Shown one piece after another: positions 38,478 to 47,837 of a stretch of 64,000 bases of DNA. Below the pieces are notes generated by a model that saw nothing but the letters and a program-made list of their open reading frames with translations, did not search any database and was not told the DNA's origin. The translations under genes were made by a program, and so were the position numbers. Each line of letters begins with the position of its first letter. Position 1 is the first letter of the stretch. Source of the stretch: Candidatus Latescibacterota bacterium (GTDB lineage: Bacteria > Latescibacterota > UBA2968 > UBA8231); the NCBI GenBank assembly GCA_965243025.1, contig CBDETY010000003.1:2240001-2304000 (forward strand). Reading direction: 5' to 3'.

Positions 38478-38601
38478 GATTCGCATGGTATCCTCAAGTA
38501 GTGTGGGAAACAGGAAAAACAGAAACCCGGAGTAGTACTCCCTTCTTGACAAACGTCTGCATTGCAGTCATATCAACAAGGAAGATCAAGGAGAGTGCCA
38601 A

Positions 38602-38967
38602 GTGGAATGGAGCAGCTTCATCGCGCCCGGCGTTGTCGGAGGGTTGCTCGGGCTTTACCTGAAGAGCATCGGCCAGCGAATCGATGACCTGAAAACTTCC
38701 ACGGCACAGCAATTCGAAGTGATAGACAAGCGGTTTGACGAGACAAGCAAGCGGTTTGACGAAACAAGCAAGCGATTTGACGAAACAAGCAGGCGACTCG
38801 ATGCCTTGCAGATCGAGGTAACCTCGCTGGGCAAGGGAGTGGCTCGAATAGAGGGACGGCTCGATCCCTACGACCGCACAACGAGCAGCCCACACTCGGT
38901 AAAAGAGGAACGGATGAAGACAGCTTCCCCCCCATCCTCCCAGGAACCGCCGGGTCAGGGCCAGTAA
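38602..38967 (+). CDS. Small membrane-anchored coiled-coil protein
   Basis: N-terminal transmembrane segment, KRFDETS x3, ARIEGRL; AAGGAG RBS. Confidence 0.7.
   Translation: MEWSSFIAPGVVGGLLGLYLKSIGQRIDDLKTSTAQQFEVIDKRFDETSKRFDETSKRFDETSRRLDALQIEVTSLGKGVARIEGRLDPYDRTTSSPHSVKEERMKTASPPSSQEPPGQGQ
38728..38790 (+). repeat. 21-bp tandem repeat x3 (heptad KRFDETS)
   Basis: AAGCG(G/A)TTTGACGA(G/A)ACAAGC repeated three times. Confidence 0.9.
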
Positions 38968-39188
38968 TGGATTGGAGCAGCTTCATCGCGCCTGGGGTTG
39001 TCGGGGCTTTGCTCGGGCTTTATTTGAAGAGCATCAGTCAGCGTATCGATGACGGAACCAAGCGACTTGACGAGATAGGCAGGCGAATCGATGCCGTGCA
39101 GACCGAAGTAACGTCCCAGGGCAAGGCTCTGGCGCGAATCGAAGGCCGGCTCGATCCATACGACCTGGAGAAGAACCGCAGCGAGTAG
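38967..39188 (+). CDS. Paralog of the preceding coiled-coil protein
   Basis: MDWSSFIAPGVVGALLGLYLKSI...ARIEGRLDPYD; TAATG stop/start coupling. Confidence 0.7.
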   Translation: MDWSSFIAPGVVGALLGLYLKSISQRIDDGTKRLDEIGRRIDAVQTEVTSQGKALARIEGRLDPYDLEKNRSE

Positions 39189-39214
39189 CCAATCCCCTGC
39201 GGGACACCCAAACC

Positions 39215-39250
39215 AGCCCCCGGAATCGGTCCTGTTCCGGGGGCTTTTGT
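39215..39250 (+). terminator. Intrinsic terminator
   Basis: AGCCCCCGGAA...TTCCGGGGGCTTTT. Confidence 0.75.
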
Positions 39251-39330
39251 ATTCCGGAAACACAACCGGAAGACAGGTACAGGGGATTCACCAAACCGCC
39301 GCCACCCGGATCCGGCCAGGGCCGAGCCTG

Positions 39331-40101
39331 CTATATCGCGGTCCAGCCGCCGTCGACGTACAGGGTCTGCCCGGTGATCAGGCCGGCCGCGTCGCTGGCG
39401 AGAAACACCGCGGCCCCGGTGACGTCCCCGGGCATGCCGACTCTTCCCATGGGAATGCGGGCGAGCAGGTCCTGCCTGATGTCGGGGTCGTCGAAAGAAG
39501 ACTGGGTCAGCGCGGTGAGGATGAAGGTGGGGCCGATGGCGTTGACGTTGATGCCGTAGGGGGCCCACTCGATGGCCAGCACCCGGGTCAGGTTGACGAT
39601 CCCGGCCTTGCTCGAGCAGTAGGCGGCGCGGTTGTAGTAACCGACGGCCCCCATGATGCTGGCGATGTTGATGATCCTGCCGCCGCCGGCATCCTTCATT
39701 CTGCGGCCCATCCGCTGCGACAGGAAGAACGGCCCCTTGAGGTTGACCCCGAGGATGCGGTCCCAGTCCTCCTCGGTGACGTCGAGGGCCGCGGCCGGCG
39801 CGTTGACCCCGGCATTGTTGACGAGGATGTCGACGCGGCCCATCTCCCCGAAGGCGGCTTCGGTGAAGGCGTCGATGCTGTCGAGGTCGGGCAGCTCGAG
39901 GGGAAGGGGCAGGGCCTTCCTGCCGGCGTCCCGCACCGACTCGCAGACCGGGTCGAGGTCCCCCATGCGCCCGGGAAGCTCGCCGAGCACGCAGTCCGCC
40001 CCCGCCGCGGCCAGGGCTCCGCCGAGGGCGCTGCCGATGCCGCCGCCGGCCCCGGTCACGACGGCGACCTTGCCGTCGAGCCGCATCGAGAGGTCGGTCA
40101 C
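39331..40101 (-). CDS. SDR oxidoreductase
   Basis: TGAGGGIG, NNAG and YCSSK motifs; GTG start coupled to the upstream stop. Confidence 0.9.
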   Translation of the reverse strand: MTDLSMRLDGKVAVVTGAGGGIGSALGGALAAAGADCVLGELPGRMGDLDPVCESVRDAGRKALPLPLELPDLDSIDAFTEAAFGEMGRVDILVNNAGVNAPAAALDVTEEDWDRILGVNLKGPFFLSQRMGRRMKDAGGGRIINIASIMGAVGYYNRAAYCSSKAGIVNLTRVLAIEWAPYGINVNAIGPTFILTALTQSSFDDPDIRQDLLARIPMGRVGMPGDVTGAAVFLASDAAGLITGQTLYVDGGWTAI

Positions 40102-41012
40102 TGTCCCTCCTCCTGCTCCGGATAGCGCACCTCCACTCCCATGACCTGCTCCCACACCTTGATCATCGCCCCCTTGCTCTCCTCTCCGAAGCCGCGGGCA
40201 AGGGCCGTCTTGTAGGTCTGCATCGCCGCCGAAGCGACCGGCAGGGGCACCCGCAGGGCGTCGGCGTTCTCCATCACCGTCTTCATGTCCTTGAAGGCGG
40301 CCGCCATCGGGTAGCCCTCGTCGAACACCCCCCTGAGGGCGCGCTCGGAGAAGTAGTCGAAGCCGAAGCTCTGCCCCGAGCCCGAGCCCACCGCCAGGCG
40401 CATCTTCTCCGGGTCGAGGCCGAGGCGCGCGGCGAACGGGAGCATCTCGGCCATGGCGGCGCAGGAGATGTTGTAGAGCACGTTGTTGGTCATCTTGGCG
40501 AGCTGGCCGTTGCCCGGCTCCCCCATGTGCAGGACGAGGCTGCCGATCCGCTCCAGGACCGGGAGCACCGCGGCGAAGGCATCCTCGTCACCCCCGACCA
40601 TCACCGTCAGGGTTCCCGCCTCGGCGCGGGTCTCCATCCCGGTGACCGGGGCGTCGAGGAAGAAGGCGCGGCGGCCGGCCAGGCGGCGGGCGGTGGCGCG
40701 GGTGTACTCCGGGTGGGTTGTGCCGCAGTCGACGACGATGTCCCCCTCCTCCAGGGAGGCGAAAAGCCCCCCTTCCCCGAACACCACCTCGTCGACCGCA
40801 TCGGCGTCCGGCAGCGAGAGCAGGATCCGGTTGCAGGTCGCGGCTATATCGGTGACATTGTCAGCCGCCCCGGCGCCCCTGGCGGCGACCTCGGCCACCG
40901 CATCCCCGCGCAGGTCGAACACCGACGTGGGAAAGCCGCCGCAGATGTTGGCGGCCATGCGCCGCCCCATCGAACCGAGACCGATGAACCCGACTTTTTC
41001 CTTCAACCTCAT
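40098..41012 (-). CDS. 3-hydroxyisobutyrate/tartronate semialdehyde dehydrogenase family protein
   Basis: GFIGLGSMG, DAPVTG and AKMTNN motifs. Confidence 0.9.
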   Translation of the reverse strand: MRLKEKVGFIGLGSMGRRMAANICGGFPTSVFDLRGDAVAEVAARGAGAADNVTDIAATCNRILLSLPDADAVDEVVFGEGGLFASLEEGDIVVDCGTTHPEYTRATARRLAGRRAFFLDAPVTGMETRAEAGTLTVMVGGDEDAFAAVLPVLERIGSLVLHMGEPGNGQLAKMTNNVLYNISCAAMAEMLPFAARLGLDPEKMRLAVGSGSGQSFGFDYFSERALRGVFDEGYPMAAAFKDMKTVMENADALRVPLPVASAAMQTYKTALARGFGEESKGAMIKVWEQVMGVEVRYPEQEEGQ

Positions 41013-41063
41013 CACCCCTTTCTCTTTCCTGACGCCGACCCCGGCCGTCCCGAGCCGCCGCAC

Positions 41064-41630
41064 ATGAGCAGATTCAGGCAGTTGGACCGCACCGACCTCG
41101 ACACCGAGCAGACTCGCATCTACGACGACATCGTCGATACCCGGGGCAGCATCGACGGCCCGTTCCGCACCTGGCTGCACAGCCCCGAGCTCGCCGACCG
41201 CGCCCAGAAACTGGGGGAATTCGTCCGCTACCGCACCAGCCTGGGGCCGCGCCTGAGCGAGCTGGGGATCCTCGTCACGGCGCGCTTCTGGGACTGCCAG
41301 GTCGAGTGGACCCTGCACGAGCCGCCGGCCATCGAGGCCGGCCTCAACCGCAACACCATCGACGCGATCCGCCACAGCCAGTACCCGGAGTTCAACCGCA
41401 AGGACGAGCGCGCCGTGTACGACTACACCAGCGAGCTGCTCTACAACCGCTTCGTCCAGGACCGCTCCTTCGCCGCGGCCAACGAGGAGCTGGGCAAGAC
41501 CGGCGTCGTCGAGCTGACCGGCCTGATCGGCTACTACAGCATGGTGGCCCTGACCCTGAACGGGTTCCAGGTGCCGGTCCCCGACAACTACGCGCCCTCC
41601 CTCGTCGACTGCCCCACCTTCCGGCGCTGA
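41064..41630 (+). CDS. Carboxymuconolactone decarboxylase/AhpD-like protein
   Basis: GPF..WLHSPEL, ELGILVTAR, EWTLH and GYYSMV motifs. Confidence 0.85.
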   Translation: MSRFRQLDRTDLDTEQTRIYDDIVDTRGSIDGPFRTWLHSPELADRAQKLGEFVRYRTSLGPRLSELGILVTARFWDCQVEWTLHEPPAIEAGLNRNTIDAIRHSQYPEFNRKDERAVYDYTSELLYNRFVQDRSFAAANEELGKTGVVELTGLIGYYSMVALTLNGFQVPVPDNYAPSLVDCPTFRR

Positions 41631-41846
41631 AGCCCGGGCTCTCAGGGAGGGTCCGGTTTCCTTGCGCAGCATTCATCGCCAGCAGGTTCCGCTCCGGCTG
41701 ACGGACTGCGCGAAGGGGGGCTCGACCCTACGAGGTCTTCCTGACCTGCCGTATTCCAAAAGGGGTGGCTCGGCCATACACCCCTGCCCTTCATGCACCC
41801 ATCCCCCAGCTGGCGTTGCCCCGGTCGCCCGGTACCGGCCGAACCC

Positions 41847-42755
41847 CTACGCCAGTACCTCGCAAGCCTGCCGGATCTGCTCCGGGCGCTTGATCCCGAG
41901 CAGGATGCTGGTGATCCCGGGAACCGCGACGGTCTCCTTCAGCACGTGCTCGTAGAGGCTCCGCCCCTGCTCCAGGGCAGCTTCCCGCAGCTTGCTCACC
42001 TGCCCCATGATCTCCTCGTCGTCGAGTTGCGAAATCCACGCCGGGTTGTCCTTCGCCCGGCTGCCGGACGGAATCCCCCCTTCGTACTTGCCACTCAGCA
42101 GGCCGCTCTCCAGCACCCGGTACGGGACCAGGCCGATTCCCGCGCCGCGGCAGAGCGGCATCAGGTCCGCCTCGATGCCGCGGAAAACGAGGCTGTACTG
42201 CGGCTGATGCAGCACCGGCCGCGGCCAGCCGTCGGCGTCGCAGGCGGCAAGAAGGTCCCTGGTCTGTCCGCTGTCGAAGTTGGAGATCCCCCAGAAGCGG
42301 ACCTTCCCCTCCTCGATCAGTTTCGCCATCGCCTCGATGGACTCCTCGAGCGGGGTGGCCTCGTCCGGGGTGTGCATGTAGTAGACGTCGATCCGGTCGG
42401 TCCGCAGGCGGCGCAGGCTGCGCTCGCACTCCCGCCGCATGTGGGGGGCGCTCAGGCCGCGGTCCCCTGCCTCCGGCCCGATGGCCATCCCGACCTTGGT
42501 CGCGACCACCGCTTCCCCCCTGCGGCCGGCAAGGGCTTTCCCGAGGAGCTCCTCCGAGAGGCCGCCGGCAGACCCGATGTAGCGGGTGTAGCCCTCGTAC
42601 ATGTTGGCGGTGTCGAAGAAGTTGGCGCCGCCGTCGAGGGCGGCGTCGACGATGGCCGCGGCCTCGGCTTCCCCGACCGGGGTGCCGAAGAGCATGGTTC
42701 CGACGCATACCGCGGAGACCTCGATGTCGGTGTTGGGGATCAGCCTCGATTGCAC
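41847..42755 (-). CDS. Aldo/keto reductase
   Basis: GTMLFG, FDTANMY, ATK, SLRRLRTDRID and GISN motifs. Confidence 0.92.
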   Translation of the reverse strand: MQSRLIPNTDIEVSAVCVGTMLFGTPVGEAEAAAIVDAALDGGANFFDTANMYEGYTRYIGSAGGLSEELLGKALAGRRGEAVVATKVGMAIGPEAGDRGLSAPHMRRECERSLRRLRTDRIDVYYMHTPDEATPLEESIEAMAKLIEEGKVRFWGISNFDSGQTRDLLAACDADGWPRPVLHQPQYSLVFRGIEADLMPLCRGAGIGLVPYRVLESGLLSGKYEGGIPSGSRAKDNPAWISQLDDEEIMGQVSKLREAALEQGRSLYEHVLKETVAVPGITSILLGIKRPEQIRQACEVLA

Positions 42756-43133
42756 GTCGTTTGCCTGCCTGTCCGGTAATGAGGGGGGTGCGTTTCCGCC
42801 AGGGGCTTCCCGGCGCGCGCGGCTCTAATCAGGGCGCCGGGGCCCCGGGTCGCAACCGCGGTGGGTCTGGACCCGGGCGAAGCAGAGCAGAGCCCGGGGC
42901 TCTGCCGTGTTGCCGGACAGGGCGCGGAACTGGCTCCAAACCGGCCGAAGCCGATCCGCCCCCACGGGACACCGGACCCGCGGGGCGCTGCAGAACGGAG
43001 CAGCGCATGACCGCTCCCGGCCGTCCGCGGGCTTGCCGAACCCGCCATTCCCCCGGTCAGCGGGAGGCCCAAACCGCGCCAGGTCAGCGGCGGCTTTACC
43101 CATCCATAAGCCCGGCTCCATATTGTCCGCTCC

Positions 43134-44306
43134 ATGCCCTGGAAACGCCACAACGTTATCTACAAGAAGGCCGGTTCCTACTCCTGTTTTCCGGACCTGA
43201 GCAAGCAGGCGGACGGGACCCTTGTGGCCGCGGTGACCGAGCGGGAGTGGCCCTCCCACTCCTCCACCGGACAGGTGCGGGTTTTCCTGTCCCGGGACGG
43301 CGAGCAGTGGGAGGAGAGCGGCGACACCTCCCTGCCGCCGCTCTGGCCGGGGGCGACGGGCAAGTTCCGCTCCGAACTGCCTGACGGCGCCTGGCTCGAC
43401 GTCGGAGCCGGCGGGCTCGACGGCCACGCCGACGCTCCCGGAGTGCGTCCCGTGTCGGAGCGGCCGCGGTGGGAGGCCGAGGGCTGCCTCACCGCGGACC
43501 ACGAAAAGGACGACACCCTCTTCTACCTCAGCGGCCGCGACCTGAACGTCTCCAGGTCCGGCGACGGCGGCAGGACCTGGGAGAGACAGTCGATCCCGGC
43601 GCCTGAAGGGATGAGGAATCTCTGCGGCTTTCGCGGCCTGCGCCTGACCGACGGGACCCTGCTGTTCCCCGCGGGCGGCAGGTTCGATCTGCCCGGTGTC
43701 GATCCGGGCGGGAACGGGGACGGTCCCTGGCGGCAGTGGGTCGCCCGCTCGGCCGACGACGGCCGCACCTGGGAGTGGGTGCCGATGGTCGAGGACGCCA
43801 CCGGCTCCTTCACCGAGGAGACCAGCCTGCTCGAGCTGCCAGGCAGCCGCGTCCTGGCGATGACGCGCTGCCACCGGCCCGGCCCCACCGGGTACCTGTG
43901 GCAGCAGTGGTCGGCCGACGGGGGCCGCTCCTGGAGCGAGCCGGTCGAGACCCGGGTCTGGGGCTACCCCTGCCACCTGCTGCGCCTGCGGGACGGCGGC
44001 ATCCTGTGCAGCTACGGGTACCGCTTCAAGCCGGCCGGCATCCGCGCCGTGGTCAGCCCCAACGGCTGGTTCTGGGACCTCGAGGGGATGCGGGTCCTGC
44101 GCGACGACGGCGGCGCCCCGGCCCTGGGCTGGGGCGAGGAGCAACTGCGCAAGTTCGAGGAGCGCGGCGTCGCCGGCGCCGATCTCGGCTACCCCCTTAC
44201 CGAGCAACTCGAGGACGGGTCCCTCGTCACCGTGTATTACATCACCGGCCCCGACCGGATCACCCACGCGGCGGCGACCCGGTGGCGGCTCGAAGGGGAG
44301 CTGTAG
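43134..44306 (+). CDS. BNR/Asp-box sialidase-like protein
   Basis: SGDGGRTW repeats; DLGYP and VTVYY motifs. Confidence 0.8.
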   Translation: MPWKRHNVIYKKAGSYSCFPDLSKQADGTLVAAVTEREWPSHSSTGQVRVFLSRDGEQWEESGDTSLPPLWPGATGKFRSELPDGAWLDVGAGGLDGHADAPGVRPVSERPRWEAEGCLTADHEKDDTLFYLSGRDLNVSRSGDGGRTWERQSIPAPEGMRNLCGFRGLRLTDGTLLFPAGGRFDLPGVDPGGNGDGPWRQWVARSADDGRTWEWVPMVEDATGSFTEETSLLELPGSRVLAMTRCHRPGPTGYLWQQWSADGGRSWSEPVETRVWGYPCHLLRLRDGGILCSYGYRFKPAGIRAVVSPNGWFWDLEGMRVLRDDGGAPALGWGEEQLRKFEERGVAGADLGYPLTEQLEDGSLVTVYYITGPDRITHAAATRWRLEGEL

Positions 44307-44464
44307 GGCGGATCTGCCTGCAGTCATTGCCCCCACCTGCCCACCGGTTCATCGCCGGGCGGGATCCGGGGGGAACTCCTGCCTGGTCCGGAAAACTCCG
44401 CCGGCGAGCGCCGGCTGGCGCGATGACCGCAGGGGACTGGTGCAGTCGGGCGGTAAGGTGGAGA

Positions 44465-46759
44465 ATGGATCGATTGAGAAGAGCGGTTACCTGGACCATG
44501 GCGGCTGTCGCAACCGCGGCTCTGAACGGCGCCTCCTCCGCGGTTCCCGATGACCCGGTGGCCGAAAGCCCGGCCACCCTCAGCGGCTTCATCCGCGACC
44601 GCAGCGACGGCGAGCGCCTCCCCAACGCCACGGTGGCGGTCGGGGACCGGCAAATGGGCACCCTCAGCAACGCCGAAGGCTACTACGCCCTGCCCGGAAT
44701 CCCGCCGGGAACCTGGGTGATCGCCGTTTCCTACATCGGCTACGCCGTCCACCGGGACACCGTCCACCTCGACGCCGGCCAGGAGCTGCGCCTGGATGTC
44801 GAGCTGGATCCGGAGGAGCTGAGGATGGAAGCCGTCGTCGTCGAAGCCGAGGGGGAGCGGGTGAAGAGCGAGTTGAGCCAGCAGACGAGCGTCGTCGTCC
44901 TGCCGATGACATCCCTGAAGAAGATGCCGGCCATGGGCGAGCCCGACCTGCTGCGCAGCCTGCAGCTGCTGCCCGGCGTCCAGACGTCGTCGGATTACAG
45001 CAGCGGGCTCTACGTCCGCGGCGGCGGACCCGACCAGACCGGCATCCTGCTCGACCAGGTGCGGCTCTACAACCCGTCCCACGCCTTCGGTTTCTTCTCC
45101 ACCTTCAACCCGGATGCCATCAAGGACGTCACCTTCTACAAGGGGGCTTACCCGGCCCGGTACGGCGGCAACCTCGGGGCCGTTCTCGACGTGCAGAACC
45201 GCGACGGCAACCGCCGCCGGTTCAGCAACCGCGGGGGAGTCAGCCTGATCTCCAGCCGCTTCATGAGCGAGGGGCCCCTCGGCCGGGGCTCGTGGATGGC
45301 GGCCGGGAGGCGCACCTACATCGATCCGGCCCTGCGGGCGTTGCGCAGAGCCGTCGACGACCTCGACGGCCTGGGCTACTGGTTCTACGACCTCAACGCC
45401 AGGATCAACACCCAGCTGACCCCTGACGACAACCTCATGGTCAGCGCCTACGGGGGTGAAGACCATCTCGACATCTCGGTGGGCGACAGCACCAACACCC
45501 TCGGCTTCGCCAACGAGTGGGGCAACCGCGCCCTCACGGGACGCTGGACGCACCTGTTCTCGCCGTCGCTCTTCGGGCGCGCCATCCTTCTGTATTCCAG
45601 GTACCACAGCGACATCATCATCGACCTGTTCGGCACTCCGATCGAGATACGCAACAAGGTGCGGGACGTCACTCTCAAGGGGGATCTCGACTGGTTCGCC
45701 TCCCCGAACCACACGTTGCGCGGGGGAATCGACATCACCCGTTTCCGCTTCGACTACGGGGTGCGCTTCGACGAGTACGAAGAGAACCAGGTCGTACAGC
45801 CGTACCTGCTCTCCGCCTATATCGAGGACGACTGGCAGGCGACGCCACTGACCGAGGCCCTGCTGGGTCTGCGCGCAACCTGGTACGAGGAGGGAGGGCA
45901 TTTGTCCCTGAACCCGCGCCTTTCGCTCAGCCGGGTGTTGCGGGAGGGCTTGCGCGTCAAGCTCGCCGGCGGAAGCTACCGGCAATACCTGCAGCTGGTG
46001 TCGACGGAGGGGTTCGGCGGCGGCGACGTCTGGGGCTCCCTCGACGAGACCGTGGATCCCGGGCGCTCCTGGCAGGGGGTCTCGGGACTGGAGTGGGAGC
46101 CCTCCGGAATCTGGCGGTTCAGCCTCGAGTCCTACTACACCGACCTGGCCAACCTGGTGGTCCTCGACGAGGACCGGGAGGAGAACGCGGAACAGCAGAC
46201 CTCGGAGGACGTGTTCAAGACCGGGGGGGAGGGGTACGCCACCGGACTCGAGCTGTTCGCGGAAAAACGGCGGGGGGCACTGACCGGCTGGCTGGGCTAT
46301 ACCCTCGGATGGACGCGGAGGAAGTTCCCGGAGATCGACGAGGGGCGCTCCTTTCCGCCCAAGTACGACCGCCGGCACGACGTCTCGCTGACCGCCAGGT
46401 ACTCCTCGGGCCGCTGGACCTGGACGGCCAATTTCGTCCACGGCACCGGCCAGGCCTACACCCCGGCGGGGGCCCGCTACACCCTGCGCGACCCGGCGTC
46501 GGACCGCCCGGTCGACCGCCTCCTGGCGGCGCGTCGCAACAGCGCCCGGCTGCTCCCCTACCACCGCCTCGATGCCGGGGCGCGGCGCCAGGTCCGGCTC
46601 TTCGGAGCCGAGGCCGAGTTCTACCTGCAGGTCTTCAATCTCTACAACCGCCGCAACGAGTGGTTCATCCAGTACCACCCCGAGGATTCCGAAAAGGAAC
46701 CCACCGTGGTCAGGATGCTGCCGGTTCTGCCGACCTTCGGCTTCGACTTCAGGTTCTGA
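44465..46759 (+). CDS. TonB-dependent receptor
   Basis: Carboxypeptidase-regulatory-like N-domain; plug LQLLPGV..VRGG; C-terminal Phe. Confidence 0.9.
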   Translation: MDRLRRAVTWTMAAVATAALNGASSAVPDDPVAESPATLSGFIRDRSDGERLPNATVAVGDRQMGTLSNAEGYYALPGIPPGTWVIAVSYIGYAVHRDTVHLDAGQELRLDVELDPEELRMEAVVVEAEGERVKSELSQQTSVVVLPMTSLKKMPAMGEPDLLRSLQLLPGVQTSSDYSSGLYVRGGGPDQTGILLDQVRLYNPSHAFGFFSTFNPDAIKDVTFYKGAYPARYGGNLGAVLDVQNRDGNRRRFSNRGGVSLISSRFMSEGPLGRGSWMAAGRRTYIDPALRALRRAVDDLDGLGYWFYDLNARINTQLTPDDNLMVSAYGGEDHLDISVGDSTNTLGFANEWGNRALTGRWTHLFSPSLFGRAILLYSRYHSDIIIDLFGTPIEIRNKVRDVTLKGDLDWFASPNHTLRGGIDITRFRFDYGVRFDEYEENQVVQPYLLSAYIEDDWQATPLTEALLGLRATWYEEGGHLSLNPRLSLSRVLREGLRVKLAGGSYRQYLQLVSTEGFGGGDVWGSLDETVDPGRSWQGVSGLEWEPSGIWRFSLESYYTDLANLVVLDEDREENAEQQTSEDVFKTGGEGYATGLELFAEKRRGALTGWLGYTLGWTRRKFPEIDEGRSFPPKYDRRHDVSLTARYSSGRWTWTANFVHGTGQAYTPAGARYTLRDPASDRPVDRLLAARRNSARLLPYHRLDAGARRQVRLFGAEAEFYLQVFNLYNRRNEWFIQYHPEDSEKEPTVVRMLPVLPTFGFDFRF

Positions 46760-46763
46760 TACG

Positions 46764-47780
46764 ATGACTGCATGGCTTTTGCTGCTGGCTCTTCTGCCGC
46801 TCCTGTCCTGCGACGCCCCGGGCCCCCTGGCGGCCGACCGGGATCCCGGGGAGCTGTTCGGCCCCGGCGAGGAGAAGCTGATCGTGGTCGACGCCGTCCT
46901 CGTCGTCGACGCGCCGCTGCCGCCGGTCATGTTGCGGCGCACCGAGGCCCCCGGAGTTCCCTACGAGGCGGCGGCAACCGGCCTGACCGGGGCGGAGGTT
47001 CTCGTTCGGAGCGGCGATGCCCTGTTCGAGTACGGCCCAGACCCGGAAACGGCCGGGCGCTACCTGCCGCCCGGAGGCGCCCCGCGGGTCGAGCCCGGCC
47101 GCGTTTACGAGTTGCAGGCGACAAGCGGCGACGCCCCGGTGGTGCGCGCCCGGACCCGGACGCCCGGGCGGGTGCGCATCGAGGAGCTGGTCTGGATCGA
47201 CGACGACCTGGAGACCGAGCTGCAGCAGCTCCGGCTTTTCTCCGAGATCGGGGACGAGGTCTACGGCGCCGGGGAGAACCAGCTGGAGTACACCCGGGGA
47301 CTGCTGATAGCCCGGCTCGGGGACGGCGGGGAAACCGGGTTCTACCAGTTCGCCACGTCCAACCTCGAGAGCTCCAGTCCGTACCTGTTCGACACCGACT
47401 GGATCGAGGAGGGAGACCTGGAGGACGAGGAGGGTTTCGAGCTGGAGCGCGACAACACCTCCCCCCTGTTCCGCGCCGAGGAAAGCGAGCTCTACCTCCC
47501 CTGGGACGGCATCTATTACATGGGGCGTTACAAGGTCAGGCTCTACGCCGTCGACCGGAACTGGTACGACCTCGTGCGCACCGACAACATCGATTCGGAG
47601 CGCGGCACGGGGGAGGCCGGCCAGTCGTTTCAACGGCCCCTGTTCCACGTCGAGAACGGGATCGGCCTGTTCGCCTCGGCCTCGGTGGATTCCTTCGGCT
47701 TCTTCGTCCGGCCCCAGGGAACCCCGGCCTGCTCCGGGTGCGAGTGCTGGGAGTGCGGGGAAGCCTCGCCGGACGAGTGA
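46764..47780 (+). CDS. DUF4249-like lipoprotein partner of the TonB receptor
   Basis: Lipobox LLSC; HVENGIGLF motif; directly downstream of the receptor. Confidence 0.75.
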   Translation: MTAWLLLLALLPLLSCDAPGPLAADRDPGELFGPGEEKLIVVDAVLVVDAPLPPVMLRRTEAPGVPYEAAATGLTGAEVLVRSGDALFEYGPDPETAGRYLPPGGAPRVEPGRVYELQATSGDAPVVRARTRTPGRVRIEELVWIDDDLETELQQLRLFSEIGDEVYGAGENQLEYTRGLLIARLGDGGETGFYQFATSNLESSSPYLFDTDWIEEGDLEDEEGFELERDNTSPLFRAEESELYLPWDGIYYMGRYKVRLYAVDRNWYDLVRTDNIDSERGTGEAGQSFQRPLFHVENGIGLFASASVDSFGFFVRPQGTPACSGCECWECGEASPDE

Positions 47781-47837
47781 TCGGCGCCGTCGACCGGACA
47801 CTGCGGCCGGGGTACCGGCCGCTCCCGGCTCCTGACC

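Noticed and set aside
38728-38790. Possible CRISPR array
   Set aside because: Contiguous in-frame coding repeats with no spacers and no cas genes
39249-39263. Alternative attR: 5-bp GTATT giving an in-frame MFPEYEELL start
   Set aside because: Only a 5-bp match and no RBS; the 11-bp repeat at 38467 restores YWK and has a GAGGA RBS
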